In this document: positions 1 to 9,894 of the stretch, piece by piece
Position numbering within the stretch: position 1 is the first letter of the stretch
How the letters are laid out: each line of letters starts with the position of its first letter
Source of the DNA: a virus
DNA: 64,000 bases
Strand: one strand, 5' to 3'
IMG/VR virus record: IMGVR_UViG_3300008108_000033
Span: 16,754-80,753 of that record
Program-made: the position numbers and the translations under genes
The notes under the pieces: model-generated
Told to the model about the DNA's origin: nothing
Databases searched by the model: none
Seen by the model: the letters and a program-made list of their open reading frames with translations, nothing else

Positions 1-3000
1 ATAAACGGAGTTAAGGCTTTTTATAAAGGTGTAGAAAAAATACGCAACAGTGCCGAGCAGGCATTTTTTGGGTTTGATGAAAAAGCAAACCTTATGTCGA
101 AAACTTTTGGTGATTTATTTATAGCAGAGTCGCAATTCAATTTGAAAATAAAAGAGACTGCTTTTGAAGTTGAAGGTATTACTGGCGACTTAATCGATAT
201 GCAAAAAGAGTATACTAATGTTGGCAAAAGTGTAGAAGAAACCGGATTTAATAGAACAAAATACTTGAAAGAATATACGGAAAACTTCCAAAATGGAATA
301 CGAGACGCAAAGCAACTTCAAGTTTTAACTAAGCAAACTTTATCAACTGAAAGACAACTAGGGCTTGAGGCTGGCAGCTTGGCGGCCGACTTTAGAGCCA
401 TGGCAATGTCGGCCAAACTGAATAATGCACAAACTGGCGCTATTGGAAGAGGAATGGTTGAAGTTGCAAGGAATACCGGGCTTACTTCTAAAAGTATGCA
501 AGAGGCATACAACTTCAGCAAGCCTTTTGTAGAAAATCTTAAAAAAGCAGCAACTTACAGCAGCAGTTCTGCAACGAATATATTAGAAATAGCGGCTAAC
601 GCAAAAAAACTTGGAGTAGAAGAATCTATAACTCCGCTTTTAAATGCCGCCACTAGTTCAGTAGACTTAATCACAAAAAGCAGCAATGAAACCAAGGCTT
701 TTCTATATAATGCAGCTGGCGCTGTAGGTAAAATACAGCAATTGCAACTGGGCATACTAACAAGAAGCAAAAAAGGCATTAGAGAATTAGCTACTGGGAT
801 GGAGAAAGTGCTCCAAGGATTCGGAGTGCGCTCTATGGAGGAAATCGAAAACCTGCCTGATGAAGTTAAGTTTAGACTAAACTTGCAACTAAAGGGCGCG
901 TTCGGAATGGAATTAGGGGAAGTTACAAGAACTATAGAAGCATTCAAGGAGGCTGGCAAGGGACTTTCAACCAGACTAGATGAACTAAACAATAAAAGAA
1001 ACAAAGCTATTACCCTTGAACAAAAATTAGCAATAGAAGAAGAAGAGAGAAGACTTAAGACTTCCGGCACACTGGCTGTTCTTACGGGACTAAGTGAGGC
1101 CACCAAAGGTGCTAAAGACATGGATAAAGCGTTTAGCAACTTTACTCGAAGGCTGCCGGAATTTCAGGAAGATATCAAGGCTTTGGGCGGAGAAATTACT
1201 GACTCTCGGGGTGCGGCAAAGTTCTCTATTGAGGCAGCTGTAAAATCTCTTAATGATGGTCTTACTAAAATAGGAGAAAAGCCGCTTGAATTAAGCCAAC
1301 TAGATATAGAAAAAGCCTTGAATGATAAAGACTCGTTCGCTGCTTTGATGGATGTATTGAATACCGGGCAAAACAAATTGGCCATAGCCCAGAAAGCACA
1401 AACCGATCCGGCGCTAAAAACGTCTTTGGAATTGGAAAAATTAAATGATAATTTGAGAAATGATGTAACAGCTCCGCTTTTAAATGTTCTAAAAGAACAA
1501 CTTGGCATGCAGGGTTTTATGGAAGCTTCTCTTGCCTTCATAGCAGCGGAGATGACTTTTGGTCTCGCTGGTTTAATTGCTTCCAAAATGACTCCACTAG
1601 ATGATTTGTCGAAAGCTATATTGGGTTTTAGTCCTAAAGATTGGCTTAAAGGAATTTTTTATGGCAAAGATGACAAGTCAAAAACAAAAAGTAAAAATTC
1701 TACTAGCGGCACACCCGAAATAAAATGTCCAGAAATGAATCTTGATTGGAAGAGTCTTGGAGGATTTCTTAAAAACGCCGCAATAGGAATCATAGGAATA
1801 ACAGCATTTGTTGGAATGCTGGCTGCGGCTTTGGTAGCGCTTGGATACATAGCTAAGGGAGTTTCTAAAGCAGGCATAGATCCAATAGAAGTGGCCAAGC
1901 AAGTATCTGGCATTATTTTGGCTGGCGTAATTATTCTCACTGAAGCCGGCATAGCCGGTGTGCTTTTGAAGAAAGCCATGGACAAATATGGCAAAGCCAT
2001 AATGTCGCTGTGGTCTGTGGACACTCTTAAATTTGTTGGAATACTGACTTTAATGGCAGTTACCCTCACAGCTCTTTCGGCGGGATTGCTGTATGTTGGC
2101 AAAGCTATTGCAGAATCTTCAGGCATGTCTGCGCAAGACGCTATAGAAACCGGAATCAGGATTGGTGCAATTATAACTGCTGGCACAATTATTTTGGGCG
2201 TCGTTGGCGCAGCAACTTTCGGCCTTGTCAAGGTCATACCGCCATTTGTTGCAGCTGTTAAGGCTTTAAGTTCAGTAGGTTGGCTCGGCGCAGGAATTGT
2301 TGCCGGTGCTTTAGTGGCGCTCCCAATCATAGCCGCCGGACTACTATATCTGTCAATTAAGCTGCTTCAATTTTGCGATACAGTGCTTAAATCCAATCCA
2401 ATAGATACAGCGAGTTTGCAAGAGACCGCTAAAACTGTAGCATTTTTGATGGGCGCTTTTGCAAGTATAGCCGCATCACTTGCTGTGGCCGCTGCATCGG
2501 TTATTGGAGTTGCGGCATTGTTAAAATACGTGCAAAAATTCAAAGTAACTATGACCGACGTTAATAAGGCCGGCTTGTTGATGGGAACTATAGCTCTTGG
2601 AATTGGCGGTTTGTTTGCAAGTTTAGCCGGCAGCATTGCAATAATTGCGGCAATGGATTTGGGGGGCAAAGAAGGTGACTTTGCAAAAGCCGAAAAGAAT
2701 TTAGAAATAATGGGCGGCGTTCTTAAACAGCTTGCGCCAGCATTTTTCGTAATTTTAGGAATTACTGCGGCCTTGACTGCTCTGCAAGTGATGCAGCAAA
2801 AAGTATCCGACGAGACTAAAAAAGTAGACTTAATGGATATAACAAAAAATGTTGGTATTGCAGTTGCATTCATGGAAGCAATACTGTTGGCGCTGCCTCC
2901 GCTTATTTACGCAGTAGTAGAAGTTGCGAAAAAAACCGGAGGTCTAATAGGAGACCCAAAGAAATTTACAAAAGATATGGAAAAATTCCATATTATGATG

Positions 3001-6000
3001 CAGGAATTTTATAAGGCATCATTAATGCTTTTGCCAATAGCGGCTGTGGCAGCGGCAATTGGATTTGCCTTAGAAAAAGCACAAATGAGTCTTTCTAGCG
3101 CTGCTAAAACTCTAGGCAAAGGAGCTTTGGTAGCAGGTCTTCTTATGATAATAGGACTAGCTTTAACCCACATAGCGGCAACAGTGACGAGACTTGTGGG
3201 ATGGATGACCGAGTACGAAATCTTCACTCCGGAGGGCTCGAAAGTATTCGAGGCTCAATTAAAGGCATTTAGTAGCAACATCGGAAGTATAGCTTGGAAT
3301 ATAGCCGCCGCTGGCATCAAGGCTGGGGCCTCATTTGGATCCTTTGTGATAGGCGCGGCAGGATTCGCACTCTTTGGCGCAGGATTTTTATTAGTAGCTA
3401 AGCCGCTGCAAAGCGCTGTTCGTATCATGATGAGACTTACCAATATGTTTTCTATGCTATCTTTAGAAGAGACCAAGGCTTTGCCAATAAAAATTGCCGA
3501 ATTGAAAAACACAATAACTGCAGTAAAAGACGCATTCTACTCTCTGCGAAAATTTTCATTCGATAAGAAAAAAATAGATGAGGCTCTCAATAGATTGCAG
3601 GAAGTAGTATTGCCCTTATCTACCATGGCATCTATAATATCGGACATAAACATAGCGATTTATCAGGCAACAAACACTGCTGCTGCAGCCGCCGGGGCTG
3701 AAGCCGGCAAAGTTATGCTTGATACTATGAAGCAAATAGGAAATTTAATTAAGGAAATAAGCACATCGGCATTCCCATCAAAATCCGAGTTTCAAAAAGT
3801 TATAAAAGACATGGACGGAATTGGCGGATTGATGAAAAAATTTATGGCCTCCACTAAAAAAATAGTTGAGGCACCCATGAAAGAAAAATTAACTAAGGGA
3901 ATGTTAAAGAAAGCGGCCAGCACATACACAGATATTTCGTTAGCCATGTCAAAATTTGCCTCAGTAGTTCACGATTATACTAAGTCAGTGGAAAGCTTGC
4001 AAAAAATAAACGAAAATAAATCTGCGATGGATAAGGTTACCAAAAATGACAACGTAGAAAAACAAGTTGGAGACATGTTGTCATTTTCCAGAAGGCTAAT
4101 AGAAACTGCGGCTAAGGAAGCAGATGAATTTGACGCTGGAAAACAAAATAATGCAATAGCGGTTATACAAAATGCTTCTATGGTACTAAAAGCATTTGTT
4201 ACTGCCATCGAAGGGTTCCAGAAAACTTTGGAGAGCGCAGAAAAAGTTGCGACGTCGTATGGCAACGGATTCGCAACACGCGCAAACAAGATCAAGGAAG
4301 CTGGACGTGCTGCGGACGGCGAAACTGATGAGTTCATAATAGTAATGACAGATATTGCCGGCCAAATGAATAAAATTTTTAACATGCTAGAGAAGTCAAT
4401 AGGATCGAATAATAATCTAAAGGCAAGCAATGTAAACGCTCTCACCGATAAACTTAATCTTTTGGGAATGGCAGTAGAAACATTTGTGCAAGGTTTAGAT
4501 AATTTTGGCGCTACTCTGCAGTCTTCATTTCAAGATACTAGGTGGTTTTTCAATTTCTTCGGACAACAAGGCGTAGGATCTTGGCTTGCACAAAATGCAG
4601 GTGATATTACTCACGGAATTCAAAATACATTTCAAGCCTTAGATGGCATGTTTTATCATTTCACCGACTTAATGTCACGAACTAAATGGGAAAAACAAGT
4701 AAAAAACTTTAAGGAATACTCGGATAACTTCAAAAAGATGACCGACGCTGTAATTAATATGGGGTCTTCATTTTCACAACTGTCAAACGCGATGAAGAAT
4801 CATTTTGCTGTTTTGATACCAGAAAGAGGGCGAGGCGGCAAATACGATAATACTAAATTCGAAAAATATTACAATGATTTAGGAAACATGATAACCAATG
4901 TGGGCAAAGTAATTGACCAAATGGTAAATAAATTAGATGAAAATATGAAATATGATGATGCTGTGTTGGATAAAATTTCCAAAAAGACAACGGCAGTAGA
5001 GCCATTTATTAAAACACTTTTGACTATTTCTGAGTCTGTGGCTAAAATGGCGGCTTTCATGAGTCCAGACCTTCCTAGCGAACAAGAGTTTGAAGCCTCT
5101 GGCAAAAAAATTGCAGGCGCTCTCAAAGGTCTTCTTTCATCTGCAAACGTGATGGCCCAAACAGTTGAGGATGTCGATGTTGTGGCAGACGAAGCCGCCC
5201 TTGGAAAATTGACCACTGTAAGTAAGTTTTTAGATCCACTTCTTTCATTTATAAAAACATTTGCCGAAAAGTCAGATTTGGTTACTAGGGCAAACAAAGA
5301 AGCCGGAATTGTTCCTCCTACTGATAAAATTCGTGAAAATGCCCCTAAACTTGGAGAGGCAATAGGCTCTATCATGGGGCTATATAAAGTTGTCATGGAC
5401 GCAACTGGTTCCATGCCTTCAGATAGCAAAACCGAAGAAGTTTCTAAAAAGCTTGATTCTATAGTTTCTGTTATCAATACAGTAATCACAGTTATCGATA
5501 AACTTAAATTGGCATTTGAAAAATTAGATGACGAGTCTGCAGATGCTGGCGAAATAGCAGGAAAAAAAGACAAAGTGGCGTCTTTGTCAGAAGCAATAAA
5601 AGGCATGTTAGGAAAAGGTGGCGACAACCCATTGATGGATGTGTTCAAGTACATCAAAGAGGGTTTGGTCAAGCCCATGCTGAGAATGAATTTAGATGCA
5701 GACGACATTCAAGAAGCAGCTACGATGTTTGAAGGATTAGGCAAAATAGCAGTTTCGGTTTCCTCGGCAATAACAAGTTTGGGCACTGCCTTTTCCGGTG
5801 TAACTATGGGAAGAGTATCACATTTGGATGTGGCCAGAAAAGTTTTATCTAAGCATAAAGACGAAATTATGGATGTTTTGCTGGCGGTAGCCGACTTTGT
5901 GGTGCCAATAACCAAGCTTGAGATTGACGGCGATGATGCTGAAGACGCTGCGAAAGTATTAACTGGTGCCAGCCAAATGCTTCAGGTGCTGGGTGGGAAA

Positions 6001-7338
6001 CAAAGCGGCCCCGAAGCAGATTTCGGTTTAATAGGATATATGAGCACAAGACTTTCTCAGTTGGTTGAACAGACAGCCAAAGCGGATGGAAAAGTAGACA
6101 TGTCTATGGCCAATAAAGCCAGTGCTGCAATCAATGATTTCTCCAAAGTCTGGAAAACCATGCTGCCTGCTTTAGCAACCCTAATTCAGGGGACTGTCGA
6201 ATTTGGCGGAAGCGGAGACGACGCAGAAGATGCTGCAAAAATTATCGTAGGCACTGAGCAAATTATAAAATCTTTGCCACAGTTACTTGAAAATTTACAG
6301 AATAATTTGCCTACTTTGGTCAAGCAGGCTGAGGGTATTGCCGCTCAAGCTGGATTAGGGCAAAAATTAGAGGGCAAAGCCCCTGCTTTCGCCACTCTGC
6401 TAACCCAAGTATTCGACTTCTTGCGCGAAGCAGTTATAGACCCAGTAGGCAACTTGGAAATGAACTATGACATTGAAGATGTCGCAGATATCATGAATGC
6501 AGCTCTTAATTTATCAGCAAGTTTGGGCGGGCCATTGGGCGGAATCAGCCAAAATTTAGCGCAAGTTTGTGAAAAAATGAAGGAGCAAAAGAATCTAGAT
6601 TGCTTAGAACCGCTCAAAAAATTCTTCTTGGATTTAGGAAACATAGCTGGGGTTGTTGCCAACCCGCAACTCATGGCTGCTTTGGGAAGTGATGAAACCG
6701 TGGAAGCCATAGAAAGGCTACCGGACTTTCTTGAGGCTGTTAAAGGTATATTTTCAGTTGATTTATCTACTATAGATCCTGCCACACTCGGAAATGTAGG
6801 AAATGTATTCTCATCGCTTGACAAATTTGCCCAAGACCTGCTAAAAGGCAATTTAGATTCTGTTGCCAAGAATCTGTCAGACGCAGCACGACAAGTTAGT
6901 GGAGTTGATGAAGCGCTTAGAAGTTTGGTAGCCAGCTTCTCTGGCATCGCAGGAAGTATGTCGGAACTTGGCAAAATTGGCGGCGCAGGTATAAATGTTA
7001 ACGCAAACGTTAATCAAGCATCAACAGTTCCCGGCGATCCAACTCAGCAAGCAGCCAAGGCGGTAGATTTAAATCTCGGTGCAGCCGCAATGGAAGCAGC
7101 CAATCAGGCTGAAATAACAAAACTTGTGGCAAGCAATGAAGCTATAGCGGCAAACACAGCTCAAATGGTGGTTTTGCTCGCCAACATGGGACAATCAGAA
7201 GGTGGTGGGGGCAAAAAGAAGAGCACCGGACTTGGAACCACTGATCCCATGTCATATTTGGCTAAAAAGACATTGAGAGATAGCAGTGCAACCAACTCTG
7301 CAAACTTCGCTGGCGGAGCAAGCATTCCGAAATTTTAA
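1..7338 (+). CDS. Tail tape measure protein (5'-truncated by window edge)
   Basis: Frame is open from base 1 through the ATG at 94 (>2440 aa). Ala/Gly/Lys-rich helical composition, central hydrophobic segments and C-terminal DDAEDAAK-type repeats; lies directly upstream of the baseplate genes. Confidence 0.85.
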   Translation: MNGVKAFYKGVEKIRNSAEQAFFGFDEKANLMSKTFGDLFIAESQFNLKIKETAFEVEGITGDLIDMQKEYTNVGKSVEETGFNRTKYLKEYTENFQNGIRDAKQLQVLTKQTLSTERQLGLEAGSLAADFRAMAMSAKLNNAQTGAIGRGMVEVARNTGLTSKSMQEAYNFSKPFVENLKKAATYSSSSATNILEIAANAKKLGVEESITPLLNAATSSVDLITKSSNETKAFLYNAAGAVGKIQQLQLGILTRSKKGIRELATGMEKVLQGFGVRSMEEIENLPDEVKFRLNLQLKGAFGMELGEVTRTIEAFKEAGKGLSTRLDELNNKRNKAITLEQKLAIEEEERRLKTSGTLAVLTGLSEATKGAKDMDKAFSNFTRRLPEFQEDIKALGGEITDSRGAAKFSIEAAVKSLNDGLTKIGEKPLELSQLDIEKALNDKDSFAALMDVLNTGQNKLAIAQKAQTDPALKTSLELEKLNDNLRNDVTAPLLNVLKEQLGMQGFMEASLAFIAAEMTFGLAGLIASKMTPLDDLSKAILGFSPKDWLKGIFYGKDDKSKTKSKNSTSGTPEIKCPEMNLDWKSLGGFLKNAAIGIIGITAFVGMLAAALVALGYIAKGVSKAGIDPIEVAKQVSGIILAGVIILTEAGIAGVLLKKAMDKYGKAIMSLWSVDTLKFVGILTLMAVTLTALSAGLLYVGKAIAESSGMSAQDAIETGIRIGAIITAGTIILGVVGAATFGLVKVIPPFVAAVKALSSVGWLGAGIVAGALVALPIIAAGLLYLSIKLLQFCDTVLKSNPIDTASLQETAKTVAFLMGAFASIAASLAVAAASVIGVAALLKYVQKFKVTMTDVNKAGLLMGTIALGIGGLFASLAGSIAIIAAMDLGGKEGDFAKAEKNLEIMGGVLKQLAPAFFVILGITAALTALQVMQQKVSDETKKVDLMDITKNVGIAVAFMEAILLALPPLIYAVVEVAKKTGGLIGDPKKFTKDMEKFHIMMQEFYKASLMLLPIAAVAAAIGFALEKAQMSLSSAAKTLGKGALVAGLLMIIGLALTHIAATVTRLVGWMTEYEIFTPEGSKVFEAQLKAFSSNIGSIAWNIAAAGIKAGASFGSFVIGAAGFALFGAGFLLVAKPLQSAVRIMMRLTNMFSMLSLEETKALPIKIAELKNTITAVKDAFYSLRKFSFDKKKIDEALNRLQEVVLPLSTMASIISDINIAIYQATNTAAAAAGAEAGKVMLDTMKQIGNLIKEISTSAFPSKSEFQKVIKDMDGIGGLMKKFMASTKKIVEAPMKEKLTKGMLKKAASTYTDISLAMSKFASVVHDYTKSVESLQKINENKSAMDKVTKNDNVEKQVGDMLSFSRRLIETAAKEADEFDAGKQNNAIAVIQNASMVLKAFVTAIEGFQKTLESAEKVATSYGNGFATRANKIKEAGRAADGETDEFIIVMTDIAGQMNKIFNMLEKSIGSNNNLKASNVNALTDKLNLLGMAVETFVQGLDNFGATLQSSFQDTRWFFNFFGQQGVGSWLAQNAGDITHGIQNTFQALDGMFYHFTDLMSRTKWEKQVKNFKEYSDNFKKMTDAVINMGSSFSQLSNAMKNHFAVLIPERGRGGKYDNTKFEKYYNDLGNMITNVGKVIDQMVNKLDENMKYDDAVLDKISKKTTAVEPFIKTLLTISESVAKMAAFMSPDLPSEQEFEASGKKIAGALKGLLSSANVMAQTVEDVDVVADEAALGKLTTVSKFLDPLLSFIKTFAEKSDLVTRANKEAGIVPPTDKIRENAPKLGEAIGSIMGLYKVVMDATGSMPSDSKTEEVSKKLDSIVSVINTVITVIDKLKLAFEKLDDESADAGEIAGKKDKVASLSEAIKGMLGKGGDNPLMDVFKYIKEGLVKPMLRMNLDADDIQEAATMFEGLGKIAVSVSSAITSLGTAFSGVTMGRVSHLDVARKVLSKHKDEIMDVLLAVADFVVPITKLEIDGDDAEDAAKVLTGASQMLQVLGGKQSGPEADFGLIGYMSTRLSQLVEQTAKADGKVDMSMANKASAAINDFSKVWKTMLPALATLIQGTVEFGGSGDDAEDAAKIIVGTEQIIKSLPQLLENLQNNLPTLVKQAEGIAAQAGLGQKLEGKAPAFATLLTQVFDFLREAVIDPVGNLEMNYDIEDVADIMNAALNLSASLGGPLGGISQNLAQVCEKMKEQKNLDCLEPLKKFFLDLGNIAGVVANPQLMAALGSDETVEAIERLPDFLEAVKGIFSVDLSTIDPATLGNVGNVFSSLDKFAQDLLKGNLDSVAKNLSDAARQVSGVDEALRSLVASFSGIAGSMSELGKIGGAGINVNANVNQASTVPGDPTQQAAKAVDLNLGAAAMEAANQAEITKLVASNEAIAANTAQMVVLLANMGQSEGGGGKKKSTGLGTTDPMSYLAKKTLRDSSATNSANFAGGASIPKF

Positions 7339-7379
7339 AAAATAAGACTCATATGTAGGTATGGGGTCTAAATAATAAT

Positions 7380-7922
7380 ATGAAAGCTACTACCGATACA
7401 GGAATTCTTAGATTTATAGATGATTGCTACATTCAAGTAGGGAGCTTAGCCCCTATTCAAATGTATATTATGCCAGATATTTCTGATGGACACGATGCTG
7501 CTTACAATCAACAAACTGGTATTGGCAGAAGTTTGCCAGCTTATACATTTGGAAACGGTGGTCCGCGAAATATTAGCTGGACAATTCACCTTTACGCTGA
7601 TTATCCAGAAAGATTGCAGCTAAATCTTCAAACACTAAGAATTATAGAAAGTTGCACATATCCCAGAATTGGAGCAGGCAATCTTCCATTTACTCCGCCT
7701 TCTATATGCAAAATCAAATGTGGTCCTATGTTAGGAGATTATCCGCTGGCCGCAGTTTTGAAAAGTTACAGCGTTAGTTTCCCAACTGACATTATGTGGT
7801 CGGAAAGGATAGGCAATTTCGGCCCAATACCTTATAAATTTGACATTACTTGTCAATTTGAGGTGGTTTACGACGCCAGCCAGCTGCCCGGTGCTGAAAG
7901 AATATTAACGGAAGGAAACTAA
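7380..7922 (+). CDS. Tail tube initiator / baseplate tube-like protein (gpU/CIS-tube-like)
   Basis: A-x-Y-x-x-x-x-G-I-G-R-S-x-P...Y-x-F-G-x-G-G-x-R-x-I-S-W motif and position immediately after the tape measure gene. Confidence 0.65.
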   Translation: MKATTDTGILRFIDDCYIQVGSLAPIQMYIMPDISDGHDAAYNQQTGIGRSLPAYTFGNGGPRNISWTIHLYADYPERLQLNLQTLRIIESCTYPRIGAGNLPFTPPSICKIKCGPMLGDYPLAAVLKSYSVSFPTDIMWSERIGNFGPIPYKFDITCQFEVVYDASQLPGAERILTEGN

Positions 7923-7923
7923 A

Positions 7924-8259
7924 ATGGCGAACAAATTTACATTTTCAGACTCTTTGCTTCCTACCGATTTCGTTGTTACCACAAGCAGATACGTGAATTC
8001 TGGCGTGGGCTATTATGGCCCGCAAAATAAAATTACTTTCGACATTTATAAAAGAAAAGAAATAACGCAGAGTGTTGATGACAAGTTTATGCTTATTACT
8101 CCGGGCTATCAATATAGGCCAGATTTAGTGAGCCAAAAAGCATATGGCATGCCTGATTATTGGTGGATTATTTTGCAGGCAAATAGGATAAATGATGTAT
8201 ATCAATTTACCACTGGCAAAACTATAAGAATTCCTTTTGACATAACCACAACAACTTAG
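7924..8259 (+). CDS. gp53: Baseplate wedge protein, T4 gp53/LysM-like
   Basis: YRPDLVSQKAYGMPDYWWIILQAN...GKTIRIP is the gp53/LysM-like signature. Confidence 0.8.
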   Translation: MANKFTFSDSLLPTDFVVTTSRYVNSGVGYYGPQNKITFDIYKRKEITQSVDDKFMLITPGYQYRPDLVSQKAYGMPDYWWIILQANRINDVYQFTTGKTIRIPFDITTTT

Positions 8260-8267
8260 GGGAAGTA

Positions 8268-9884
8268 ATGGCTAGAGCAGGAAGAACTTGTTTATTGCCC
8301 GGCGCTGCACAGCAGTTTGCTTGTGGTGTTATTGCAAAACCGCTTATCAATAACTTTAATCAGGCTGTAAAAACTGGATTCGTAACAATAATTTTAGTTA
8401 ACCGCCAAAAAGGTGCTAAAAAAATTACTGTTGGGAATCAATCTTCGCCTTTTTACCAAAACAAAACATTCGTAAAAAGTTTTTCTTTCGGCGGCAATAA
8501 TGACGCCAGTGCCCAATTCGTTTTGTACGATGCTTCAGGAAACGACATTGGTATATTCTTAGAATCATTATATTTAGACAGTTGTACAGCAGTAAACAAT
8601 ACTGTTCTTATAGAATTTGGATGGATTTTGCAAAACACTGATGGCACTGTAACAAAGTACAGCACTGCCGATAAAACATTTGCTCCATACGCCAGATTGG
8701 ATCCGAAAGCAAAACCAAATCCGGGAGGGTTGCTTGGATTCGTCGTTGACAGAATAGAAGTAAATCCTGATGCCGGCGGTGGTTGGCTTTATACAGTATT
8801 TCTTTCAACTCTTTTAGACAAAAGAAACAAGCGTGCTAAATTAGCAACCCCGGCTGGAACAAATAATCATCCTGAAAATTTAAAAAATGCTGCAAAGAAG
8901 GCTTTAAAAAAGATTTGTCCTAAAGGAACAAGGCAGTCTTCTGGTGTTGTGTTATTCGCCAGAGAAGAAGGAAATGGATTTTTGACTGAATTTGGATTTC
9001 CAAATAATGAGGGGGGATTTAAGGGTCCGAGAAGTGTTTGGGATCCTAATCGCCTAAGCTGCGTAGGAGCAGTAAGAAACTGGTTCAATGGCCAAAGAAC
9101 AGATCGCGGACTGGGCATGACCATATACACCGATCCCGCTATCGATGCGCCAAATATAGTAGTTTTGGAATCGGATCCAAGTTTTTGTATAAACCCAAGA
9201 GTTAAATATTGCCCGCAGAAAAGTGGGCCAAAATACATTTACATAGTAAACGGTGGAGATTGTAGTCCGGTTCTATCTTTTAATCCAAAAGTAACGTATT
9301 TTGCTAATGCTAGGCCTCAGGGCGGTGGCACTGGTGCGATGAGTTCAAAAGCTGTTCAGGCCGAAGCGAGAAAATTAAATCCATGTCCGCCTAATATAAA
9401 TGATCCATTTACAGCCGTTGAGAATAGCGCAGAAGGCGTTCAAACGCTGGTAACTGTGCCTAGTGCTGCTATGAATTACAGGTTTCCGACGAATGCTGTA
9501 GAAAAACAGGCAATAGCAATTAATGCAAATATGATTGCAAATGCTGGAAGAATCATGACATCTAACATCGAGGCAGACTTAACAATACAAGGCAACCCGG
9601 AGTTTGTGAATTTGGCAAGATGTCAGGGACTACAAGTGGGAATTATATATTTTAATGTGCCTGCCGTAAATGCAGGGCAGCAACCGGGCATACAAGGGCC
9701 TCCACAACCGGGCCAAACAGACTGGCTTGCTTCTCCTCCGGTAAACAACACCTTTAGCAGACTAGATTATATGATACAGGGTGTTACTCACAACATACAA
9801 GAAAATGGAGATTACATAACAACGTTACGCGTTATGGCTATCCCTGAGTGGGCACAAAAGAAAAAGCGAACCAAGAATAACTAG
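8268..9884 (+). CDS. Baseplate hub protein (gp27/gpD-like)
   Basis: IEFGW motif, C-terminal ADLTIQGNP...YMIQGVTHNI...YITTL, and position between the gp53-like and gp5-like genes. Confidence 0.6.
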   Translation: MARAGRTCLLPGAAQQFACGVIAKPLINNFNQAVKTGFVTIILVNRQKGAKKITVGNQSSPFYQNKTFVKSFSFGGNNDASAQFVLYDASGNDIGIFLESLYLDSCTAVNNTVLIEFGWILQNTDGTVTKYSTADKTFAPYARLDPKAKPNPGGLLGFVVDRIEVNPDAGGGWLYTVFLSTLLDKRNKRAKLATPAGTNNHPENLKNAAKKALKKICPKGTRQSSGVVLFAREEGNGFLTEFGFPNNEGGFKGPRSVWDPNRLSCVGAVRNWFNGQRTDRGLGMTIYTDPAIDAPNIVVLESDPSFCINPRVKYCPQKSGPKYIYIVNGGDCSPVLSFNPKVTYFANARPQGGGTGAMSSKAVQAEARKLNPCPPNINDPFTAVENSAEGVQTLVTVPSAAMNYRFPTNAVEKQAIAINANMIANAGRIMTSNIEADLTIQGNPEFVNLARCQGLQVGIIYFNVPAVNAGQQPGIQGPPQPGQTDWLASPPVNNTFSRLDYMIQGVTHNIQENGDYITTLRVMAIPEWAQKKKRTKNN

Positions 9885-9894
9885 GTGAAAAATT

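Noticed and set aside
21-6974. Many long minus-strand ORFs opposite the tape measure gene
   Set aside because: Antisense shadows of a long coding frame, with no RBS or recognisable motifs.
7345-7369. Hairpin between the tape measure gene and the next gene
   Set aside because: Imperfect stem with a bulge and no U-tract; too weak to call.
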